IMG/VR virus record: IMGVR_UViG_3300042991_000201
Span: 1 to 64,000 of that record
Reading direction: 5' to 3' (one strand)
Origin: a virus
DNA: 64,000 nucleotides
The notes beneath the pieces are model-generated. The model saw only the letters and a list, made by a program, of their open reading frames with translations, was not told where the DNA came from and did no database searches. Positions within the stretch are counted from its first letter, which is position 1. Each line of letters begins with the position of its first letter. Positions 56,387 through 64,000 of this stretch are shown piece after piece. The translations under genes were made by a program, and so were the position numbers.

Positions 56387-57991
56387 TTGAAAAGTGTAGA
56401 GAAAATAGATGATACTCTCGTAGTCAAATTCTACGTCCCTAATGCACAATTCTCATTTGAATTAGGATACATTAAGGGATTCAAGGGGAGAAAATTCGAC
56501 GCTGAAAAAAAGTGTTGGGTGATTCCCTACTCTTACGAAACTATTTGTGACTTGAAGAGTCATGGCTATACGCTTTCGCATACCCTGCAAGGGCTTATGG
56601 AAGATGCTACTAAACAAGAATATGACTACACGACCCCAAGCGAAGAGATTGATCCCACAAAGATGCTATCATCGCTACGTGAGTATCAGCAAGAAGGACT
56701 GGAATTTCTTGAAGCGGTCAATGGTCGCGGCATCGTATCTTTTTCTATGCGTATGGGGAAATCCCTCACGGCTCTCGCTTGGTGCCTCTATAAAGACATC
56801 AGGCGTATCCTCATCATTTGTCCTGCCATTGCCAAACCCGTATGGGAACAGGAAATAAAGAAGTGGACAGATTTGAGATATTTTGCGGCAAAGGGGAGGA
56901 CTGCACATTCTATAGACAAACGAGTAGAAGTGATCATCATAAATTATGACATCCTCTCTGATTGGCTACCTATCCTCGAATTTTGGGATGCAAAAGCATT
57001 GATCGTTGACGAGTCTCATTATGCCGCCAATAAGACTCGTATGGTGTCAAAGAAACAACCAGACGGTACAAACAAGTCTGTAAAAGAACCCGTAAAACGC
57101 ACCGTAGCGGTGACTAGCCTTGGACGAAAAATACAGCATACGATCTGTCTATCTGGCACTCCAATTACGAGTTACCCTAGTCAGTTTTTCCCTGTTTTGA
57201 ATATGCTCTACCCCAATATGTTCCCGAATGAATGGAAGTATCTCCATCGTTATTGTGATCCTGTACGCACACAATGGGGTTGGGAATTCAAAGGGGCTTC
57301 CAATGTCAATGAGTTGCGTTCTAAGTTATCCAAGATTATGATACGCAAGACGAAGCAGGATGCTTTCAATGAATTGCCAGATGAAGAACGTATTGTTCTT
57401 CCCATAGAAATTGACATGAAAGCGTATGAACGGGAATGGGGTGCATTTCAAGAATGGTATAAAGAACATCGTGGTCTTTCTGATGAAGAATTAGATCAGA
57501 AGATAGCTCATCTTGAATCCATAGCCTATCCAAAAAAGAGAGCAACAATACTTGAGTGGGTACAGGAATTCCTGAAAAGCGGGGAACAGCTTATCATATT
57601 CGCATGGTTTAGAGAGACCTGTTTTGACTTGCACACAGCTTTCAAAAAGGAATCTGTACTTGTCTATGGCGGAACTAAAGATAGAGACGCCCAAGTACAG
57701 AAATTCCAGAAAGGGGATGCTCGAATATTCATAGGGCAGATATCAGCAGTGAAGGAGGCCATCACACTAGCCAATGCGAATACGGCTCTCTATGTGGAGT
57801 TGCCATGGTCAGCAGGGGATTTACGGCAATCTGAAGAAAGATTATTTTTGCCGGGGAATTTGCAAAAGAACGCTTATTTCTATGCTATAGCACAAGATAC
57901 GATAGATGAAGAGCGTTACCACAAGCTACAAGAAAGAGTAGAAAATCTTGATAGGGTACTTGACGGTAAGTCCAATGCAGTAGTATCTTAG
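56387..57991 (+). CDS. SNF2-family helicase with HARP-like N-terminus
   Basis: LREYQ, MRMGKS, DESH, LSGTP, QSEER. Confidence 0.9.
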   Translation: MKSVEKIDDTLVVKFYVPNAQFSFELGYIKGFKGRKFDAEKKCWVIPYSYETICDLKSHGYTLSHTLQGLMEDATKQEYDYTTPSEEIDPTKMLSSLREYQQEGLEFLEAVNGRGIVSFSMRMGKSLTALAWCLYKDIRRILIICPAIAKPVWEQEIKKWTDLRYFAAKGRTAHSIDKRVEVIIINYDILSDWLPILEFWDAKALIVDESHYAANKTRMVSKKQPDGTNKSVKEPVKRTVAVTSLGRKIQHTICLSGTPITSYPSQFFPVLNMLYPNMFPNEWKYLHRYCDPVRTQWGWEFKGASNVNELRSKLSKIMIRKTKQDAFNELPDEERIVLPIEIDMKAYEREWGAFQEWYKEHRGLSDEELDQKIAHLESIAYPKKRATILEWVQEFLKSGEQLIIFAWFRETCFDLHTAFKKESVLVYGGTKDRDAQVQKFQKGDARIFIGQISAVKEAITLANANTALYVELPWSAGDLRQSEERLFLPGNLQKNAYFYAIAQDTIDEERYHKLQERVENLDRVLDGKSNAVVS

Positions 57992-58095
57992 GGATATAGC
58001 ATAAGGGGGTATAGATATGCCAAAGATGTAATTGATAAAGAAGATCATAAATCAAGTATGTAGCAATAAAGTGGCTTGAAACCAAGGAGGTTCCC

Positions 58096-58458
58096 GTGGG
58101 TAATGACAAGATACTTGAGAAGATTGAGAAACTTGAACACGAATTGGCAGAATTGAAGGGGGGCCTGAAGCAGAAGAATACAATAATTTTTGACCGAAAT
58201 CATTCTTATGTAGCTATAGATGCTGAAGGATTGCCTTACTATCTCATGGCTTCTGCCGATGACGTTTACTCATATGCTTGGCACAGTTTGATAGAAAGCA
58301 ACCATACCACGTGGGATGGGTTACATGATGATGGACAGGAAGCTCTTAATAGTATAATGGAAGAGGATATTTCTTCTCCATGGACAATACACGAGTTCAA
58401 TAGTGGGGTAGATGCTTTGGAATTCTATCTGTATTGTGCACATATTTATGTAGAATAA
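58096..58458 (+). CDS. hypothetical protein
   Basis: GTG start after GGAGG. Confidence 0.65.
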   Translation: MGNDKILEKIEKLEHELAELKGGLKQKNTIIFDRNHSYVAIDAEGLPYYLMASADDVYSYAWHSLIESNHTTWDGLHDDGQEALNSIMEEDISSPWTIHEFNSGVDALEFYLYCAHIYVE

Positions 58459-58526
58459 TATACTAGACTATTCCTCAATAGTTAAGTATAATATAAACAT
58501 CACTAGATTACGTGGAGGAATATAAT

Positions 58527-58592
58527 ATGGCACACATGATGGAAGAGAATGCCACAATGTTTTCAACACAGGAATTCCTGATGGCGGCATAG
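58527..58592 (+). pseudogene. truncated gene remnant (DUF932-like N-terminus)
   Basis: Promoter, GGAGG, MAHMMEENATMFS..., then stop and terminator. Confidence 0.45.
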
Positions 58593-58609
58593 AGTATTAC
58601 GAGTTTAAT

Positions 58610-58631
58610 AGGCTCTCCATACGGGGAGCCT
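58610..58631 (+). terminator. hairpin terminator
   Basis: AGGCTCTCC-ATAC-GGGGAGCCT. Confidence 0.65.
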
Positions 58632-58691
58632 TAATATATAGCAATTAGAAGCTCTTTATTTCCAATCTATATCTAGGAGGACTCCACAAAT

Positions 58692-60113
58692 ATGCAGAAG
58701 ATTAAGGTGGATATGTCTATTGAGCGAAAATTCATTACCCTTTTCGTGATGAATGATGAATTTATACAAAAGATGTATCCAATAGTCAATCCCTCCAATC
58801 TCTCCACTCAGTATGCAAAAGAGGTTGCGACATGGTGTGCTGAATTTTATGCTTCGTATCAGAAAGCTCCCGGTGCCGCCATACAGGACATATTCATCTC
58901 CAAGCGTGAATATCTTCAGGACGATGACACTATCAAATCCATAGGGGAATTCCTTTCTAAAGCTCTTGCAGAGTATGATCCCGCTGATTATAGTAATTTG
59001 CATTATTACATTGATGCTTCTGAAAAACACCTGAGACGAAATAGTATCAATGACATGACCGAGAAATTGACAGGATATCTTACTGTAGGTGATGTGGATA
59101 AGTGTGAACAGCTCATTGCCAATTACACTCGTATCGCTATTCCTGCAACTCAAGGTGTGTCTATCATAAGCGACACCCAATCTATCAAAGAGGCTTTCTT
59201 GAATGAACAGGAAGTGGCTTTCAGATTCCCCGGCGATCTTGGAATAGTAATAGGAAACGTGTATCGGGGTGATCTGGTTGGTTGGGTAGCCCCGTTCAAA
59301 GCGGGTAAGACTTGGGCTTTGCTATATTCTGCGGAACAGGCCATGCTCAGTGGAAGGCGAGTCCTCGTGGTGTCACTAGAAATGCGTATGGATCAGCTCC
59401 TTAAACGTGCTTGGCAAGCTATAACGGCTTCTCCTACAAAGTCTGGGGTATATCAAATTCCATACTTCTATAAAGAAGAGTCTGTGGAAACAGATGGTGA
59501 ATACACCGTAGCTATGAAGGATGTGAGAAAAGAAGCTGTAGACCTTGAAGGCATTGAAGGTATCCAGAAGCGTATTAGACTTACAAGTCGTGGTGGGGAT
59601 ATTCGTTTTATGTGTATGCCGAGTAAAGTTACAACGGTAGCTAGTATAGAGGCTGTACTTGACAACCTTATGTATTATGAAAATTATGCGGCAGACGTAG
59701 TGGTACTTGACTATGCTGATATCCTTGGGGCGGCTAAAGGATTCAAGGGTGGGGAGTATCGTCATCTTATGGATGATATCTGGTCGAATCTACGCCGTGT
59801 GGCACAGGAAAGGAATATATCCATTCTGACAGCATCTCAGGTGAATCGAGCTGGTATCGAGCAAGAAGAATTGTCCTCAGCTAACCTTGCAGAAGATATT
59901 CGTAAGGCCGGACACGTATCCAAATTGATTGGGCTCTCAAGACCCAAGGCATACGTCAAAAAGAATATGGCAAGAGTTAGTATGCTCTTTGAACGTGATG
60001 AACCTGAGACGTTTGAACCGGCTGTGATACTTCAGCAATATGCTTTTGGACGTTTCTGTATTGATAGTAAATTCGCATCAAAGATTGACATGGATGAGGT
60101 GACAAATGAATAA
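58692..60113 (+). CDS. dnaB: DnaB-like replicative helicase
   Basis: APFKAGKT, SLEM, LDYAD, TASQVNR. Confidence 0.9.
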   Translation: MQKIKVDMSIERKFITLFVMNDEFIQKMYPIVNPSNLSTQYAKEVATWCAEFYASYQKAPGAAIQDIFISKREYLQDDDTIKSIGEFLSKALAEYDPADYSNLHYYIDASEKHLRRNSINDMTEKLTGYLTVGDVDKCEQLIANYTRIAIPATQGVSIISDTQSIKEAFLNEQEVAFRFPGDLGIVIGNVYRGDLVGWVAPFKAGKTWALLYSAEQAMLSGRRVLVVSLEMRMDQLLKRAWQAITASPTKSGVYQIPYFYKEESVETDGEYTVAMKDVRKEAVDLEGIEGIQKRIRLTSRGGDIRFMCMPSKVTTVASIEAVLDNLMYYENYAADVVVLDYADILGAAKGFKGGEYRHLMDDIWSNLRRVAQERNISILTASQVNRAGIEQEELSSANLAEDIRKAGHVSKLIGLSRPKAYVKKNMARVSMLFERDEPETFEPAVILQQYAFGRFCIDSKFASKIDMDEVTNE

Positions 60114-61056
60114 TGCAGAATTGCTTTCAATCCTTTCAGGTATTGCCTCCCCTACTTGTGACATTCATTTCATAGGGCAGAAAATATATGCTTTAGGGGC
60201 TTCCATGACTTTTTGTTTACCCAATCCTTTTCCTGAAATAGACGGAATGGCTTTCAAGTCTCTCGACATTGTGAACGCACTCAAAAAGTTTCCAGAGTGT
60301 AAAGCGACCCGTAAAGAAGAAACAGTAGTATTTTCTTATAAACGCTCCAAGTTGACTCTTGTGTCTCTTGCATCCAAGTACAGTCCTATTTTATTCCAGA
60401 CGGAAAAGACGCCTCTTACCGTACCAGCATCGTTCCGTACAGGGTTGGAAATCTGTTATACTTCAGGTAATCGCTCCCCCTATTCTGGTGTGTATGTAGA
60501 CGACACAAGGATGATAGCAACCGATGGACAACGTATGTCTTTTTATGATCTTGACACACCTATGGAGACTTTCTGGATCAATGATTCTTGTGTCAAGACG
60601 CTCTTGAAGTATTCTTTTACAGAACACGTTATGCTCCCTGAATATATACTATTCTACACTAAAGAATTCACGATAGCTGTCAAGAGACTCCGAGACACTA
60701 TATATCCTGTATCTAAATTGGAAGCTGTATATAAGACGATGGTCGAATCAGGTACGTTCAATATCCCCAAGGGATTTACAGAGGCCGTAGAGAAGGCGGC
60801 ATCCATGGGTGTGGAGGATGGAATTTGCAAGATATTCTTGACTTTTGAATCTGATTACAGTATCATTACTGGAGACAAGAGAACGGGAACATACGAAGAA
60901 GAAATTGAAGGCGCGGCTATATCGGGAAAATTCATTGGTCTATATAAGCATCTTTCCAGCATAGCAGATGGAGATGAGGCTGGTCTTTGTGGGGGATACC
61001 TTTTTGTGCGGAGACAAGACAGTCTCGTATGTATGGCAGGCTTGCGGGAGGAATAG
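60106..61056 (+). CDS. sliding clamp (Pol III beta-like)
   Basis: YSGVY.....IATDGQRM; size and position. Confidence 0.7.
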   Translation: MNNAELLSILSGIASPTCDIHFIGQKIYALGASMTFCLPNPFPEIDGMAFKSLDIVNALKKFPECKATRKEETVVFSYKRSKLTLVSLASKYSPILFQTEKTPLTVPASFRTGLEICYTSGNRSPYSGVYVDDTRMIATDGQRMSFYDLDTPMETFWINDSCVKTLLKYSFTEHVMLPEYILFYTKEFTIAVKRLRDTIYPVSKLEAVYKTMVESGTFNIPKGFTEAVEKAASMGVEDGICKIFLTFESDYSIITGDKRTGTYEEEIEGAAISGKFIGLYKHLSSIADGDEAGLCGGYLFVRRQDSLVCMAGLREE

Positions 61057-61059
61057 AGG

Positions 61060-61293
61060 ATGTCACGTTCCCATAAGAAAGTATCACGTTGGGGTTTATT
61101 CCATGAAAGATTCTACAAGCGTCTCGTTCATACTCGTAACAGGATGCTTGCTAGATGTGGTATTTATTTAGAATCTAATCAATACAAACGTACTGTGGAT
61201 GATTATGATATATGTGATTATGATATATGTGATTATAATGGTGTGGAATGGGACAAAGACAGCGAGTGGTATGAAAAAGGATTGAGAAAATGA
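61060..61293 (+). CDS. small basic hypothetical protein
   Basis: MSRSHKK...YDICDY...RK. Confidence 0.7.
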   Translation: MSRSHKKVSRWGLFHERFYKRLVHTRNRMLARCGIYLESNQYKRTVDDYDICDYDICDYNGVEWDKDSEWYEKGLRK

Positions 61294-62003
61294 AATTGAT
61301 ACATGGAGATTGTTTAGAGAAGATGGAAAACCTTCCTGATGGTAGTGTAGATATGGTTTTGTGTGACCCTCCTTATGGTTCAACCAAATGTCGTTGGGAT
61401 ACTGTCATTCCCCTTGAACCTATGTGGATAGAGCTTAAAAGGATCATTAAACCTAAAGGTGCTATTGTATTAACAGCTAGTCAGCCCTTCACTAGCGCTC
61501 TTATTATGAGTAATCCCGATGATTTTAAGTATATTTGGTATTGGAAGAAGCGTCCTGTAAATTTCCTAAATGCCAAGAAACAGCCTCTAAGAAACATAGA
61601 GGATATTCTAGTGTTCAATAGTGGAATATACTATCCACAGGGGCTCATACCTTGTAAGAAAGTCCATAAACGCTCCAATAGCACTGAGACAGTTGGGGTA
61701 CATGGCTTAAAGAATATTTCGGAATTTACAAACTATCCTACTCAAATACTTGAAGTTATGGACGGAGAACGTGGATTGCATCCAACTCAAAAGCCTGTAG
61801 CTCTTTTAGAGTACCTTATAAAGACATACACTTTAGAAGGTGAGACAGTTTTGGATTTTACTATGGGTAGTGGTAGTACGGGGGTAGCCGCGCTAAATAC
61901 AGGGAGAGATTTCATAGGAATAGAGTTAGATGACAAGTATTTTGACGTAGCAATGGATAGAATATCAGACGTAAAGATGGATTTGAAGTCTAAGGAGTTG
62001 TGA
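61290..62003 (+). CDS. DNA N6-adenine/N4-cytosine methyltransferase (beta class)
   Basis: DPPY, HPTQKP, DFTMGSG. Confidence 0.93.
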   Translation: MKLIHGDCLEKMENLPDGSVDMVLCDPPYGSTKCRWDTVIPLEPMWIELKRIIKPKGAIVLTASQPFTSALIMSNPDDFKYIWYWKKRPVNFLNAKKQPLRNIEDILVFNSGIYYPQGLIPCKKVHKRSNSTETVGVHGLKNISEFTNYPTQILEVMDGERGLHPTQKPVALLEYLIKTYTLEGETVLDFTMGSGSTGVAALNTGRDFIGIELDDKYFDVAMDRISDVKMDLKSKEL

Positions 62004-62007
62004 CATA

Positions 62008-64000
62008 ATGGCATGGAAATTCCAAACTGACATATTCGCAGATGATGCTCCTATCGTCCGTGGGGATGAAGAAATGTCGCACCAGAGCGACAAACATCCA
62101 AAGGCACTCTCTTGTGGTGATTGCCCTCTCAATCTCTCTTGTAAATCTCCAAAGCTCTCCTTTATAGGAGAAGGTGCCAAAGGTGTCCTCATCCTTGGTT
62201 CACATCCTTCCAAAGATGAAGATATGGCGGGAGAACTTGGACACGGTAAAGCATACGAATTCTTATCTGATACACTCAAAAGTGATGGCATAGATATACT
62301 TAAAGATTGTTATTATATGACAGCCGTATCCTGTCGTACCCCAAAAGAACGAGAGCCCACTCTCCGTGAAGTACAGTGTTGTTCCTCTCGTGTCCAAAGG
62401 GTTATAGCAAAATTGAACCCGAAATCCATCATCTTGCTTGGTCAGGGTGCTTTCAACTCCATCATATATCCTAAACTCACTGGACGTATTGGCGGCACAG
62501 GATGGGAGAAATTCTGTGGGGATGTTATTCCAGATCAGGAATATGAAAAGTATCTTATCCCCACTTGGGACTCTCGACACTTCCTTGAGAAGAAAAAGTA
62601 CGATGATGGTAGTGAAGGAAAGCCTCTCTTTGAACAGGACAAGGCTTGGTATAATCTCTGGCGTAAACACATTCTGTCTGCCTTTAATTGTGGAAGAGTA
62701 GTCAAGAATAATTATGCACATGATTGCTTCACAACGACAAAAATAGAACAGGCTATAGCGTGGATACTTGATGCTATGGATTGGAAATTTGTCTCGTTTG
62801 ACTATGAGACGAATAGTATTAAGAGTCAGCGTAAAGGGGCAAAGATACTTGCTATATCTATAAGCAATGGGCTGTTCTCTTTTGCTTTCCCTGTGTTTGA
62901 GGATGAAGCATTTCGTAAGGTATTAAAGAAACTATTAACCTCGAAGATAAAGAAGATCGCACATAACGCTTCCTTTGAGTGGGCATGGACTTATAGTATT
63001 CTAGGGTATTACCCATCCAATCTCCATTGGGATACTATGCTTGGTCAGCACTGCCTAGCGAATACAAAGCCTACAGGATTGAAGTATTGTACCTATGTAT
63101 CGTGTGGAGATATTGGTTATGACGATGCCGTGGATCAATACATTAAATCAGATGAAAGGGAATCTGATATTCATGGCAGTAATGCGTTTAACAAGCTGGA
63201 TCAAGCCCCTATAGCTTCTATGTTGGAATATAATGCTCTTGACTCTCTCTATACGGCAAAGATATATGAACAACAGAAAGCCCGGATGATTGATATGCAG
63301 ATGGCTGGATTCCAGTTATTCTTGGATTCGACTCTTTCTTTTGTCAAGATGCACAATACTGGCGTCCATATTAACATGGAGAAATTCGGGGAAGTCAAAG
63401 CAGAGTTGGAAGCTAAATTGACAGAAGCAGACAGAGTTATTATGGAGTCCTCTGAAGTAGCTCAGTGGGATGGAACTACTTTTAACCATAAATCCTCTAC
63501 ACAGTTAGCACATCTACTTTTTGACATCCTCAAGGTAAAGTCTGTAGTCCTTACGGCAAGTGGAAAACCGGCAGTAGACAAGGATACTCTTCCAAAATTA
63601 CAGCATCCTCTAGTCCCTAAGATTCTCGCATATAGGGAGTTGGACAAGATGCTTGGAACGTATGTAGGACAATATAGTCGAGAGATTGTGAATGGGAAAA
63701 TTCATAGCTTTACAAATCTCAATAGAGTAGAAACTTTTAGAACAAGTATGGACTCCGTAAACTGGCAGAATCAGATAAAGCGCAATAAAGAGGCCAAAAA
63801 GTATTTACGTTCCTATGTACAACCTTCTCTCGGAAATCGAATTATTGAATGTGACCACTCACAATTGGAGGTCAGACTAAATTGTTGTTATTCTGGTGAC
63901 AAGAATTTAATTAAGTTTATAGAGCAGGGGTTAGATATGCACACCCTCACTACACAAGAGACGTTTCTATTGACACCAGAACAGATGAAGAAGGAGTATC
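62008..64000 (+). CDS. polA: family A DNA polymerase with N-terminal family-4 UDG-like domain (runs off the window)
   Basis: Translated by hand: CGDCPL...CRTP...CC; exonuclease FDYET, AHNASFE, YNALD; motif A CDHSQLEVR, DMH; absent from the ORF track. Confidence 0.92.
   Translation, partial: MAWKFQTDIFADDAPIVRGDEEMSHQSDKHPKALSCGDCPLNLSCKSPKLSFIGEGAKGVLILGSHPSKDEDMAGELGHGKAYEFLSDTLKSDGIDILKDCYYMTAVSCRTPKEREPTLREVQCCSSRVQRVIAKLNPKSIILLGQGAFNSIIYPKLTGRIGGTGWEKFCGDVIPDQEYEKYLIPTWDSRHFLEKKKYDDGSEGKPLFEQDKAWYNLWRKHILSAFNCGRVVKNNYAHDCFTTTKIEQAIAWILDAMDWKFVSFDYETNSIKSQRKGAKILAISISNGLFSFAFPVFEDEAFRKVLKKLLTSKIKKIAHNASFEWAWTYSILGYYPSNLHWDTMLGQHCLANTKPTGLKYCTYVSCGDIGYDDAVDQYIKSDERESDIHGSNAFNKLDQAPIASMLEYNALDSLYTAKIYEQQKARMIDMQMAGFQLFLDSTLSFVKMHNTGVHINMEKFGEVKAELEAKLTEADRVIMESSEVAQWDGTTFNHKSSTQLAHLLFDILKVKSVVLTASGKPAVDKDTLPKLQHPLVPKILAYRELDKMLGTYVGQYSREIVNGKIHSFTNLNRVETFRTSMDSVNWQNQIKRNKEAKKYLRSYVQPSLGNRIIECDHSQLEVRLNCCYSGDKNLIKFIEQGLDMHTLTTQETFLLTPEQMKKEY

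Noticed and set aside
61201-61236. GATTATGATATATGT 15-bp duplication
   Set aside because: Simple in-frame slippage (DYDIC twice); no wider significance evident
1-64000. Antisense ORFs in the track (e.g. 1861-2403, 20282-20827, 33057-33695, 54854-55480), tRNA genes, integrase
   Set aside because: The antisense ORFs shadow well-supported genes and lack motifs; no tRNA or integrase was recognised by eye (tRNAscan not run)

Overview
This is a 64-kb segment of a large, apparently virulent tailed dsDNA phage with siphovirus-type tail genes (no sheath, no integrase seen; standard code 11). A Spirochaetota host is inferred, from recall only, from the DUF261-like peptidase and the holin type. Layout: (1) 1-8113 (+) is a recombination/RNA-repair operon with a RecA-like gene, a split SbcC/Rad50, SbcD/Mre11, a nucleotidyltransferase and an intein-containing RNA ligase. 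(2) 8163-33036 (-) holds the lysis, tail, head and packaging genes, punctuated by TTGAC promoters whose -10 boxes sit in or beside hairpins. (3) 33114-44240 (-) holds small genes, including a distinct early block flanked by non-coding DNA and a DnaA-box cluster, which separates terS from terL. (4) 44290-45430 is an origin-like and regulatory region. (5) 45441-64000 (+) holds antirepressor-like genes and the replisome (initiator-like protein, SSB, primase, SNF2 and DnaB helicases, clamp, two methyltransferases, UDG-fused PolA). The most notable candidates are a dual-coded spanin-like pair with no lipobox, C4/CI-like antisense RNA elements, the hairpin-embedded promoter family, the DnaA-box island, and an intein in ligase motif I. 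All family assignments come from motif recognition, not database searches.
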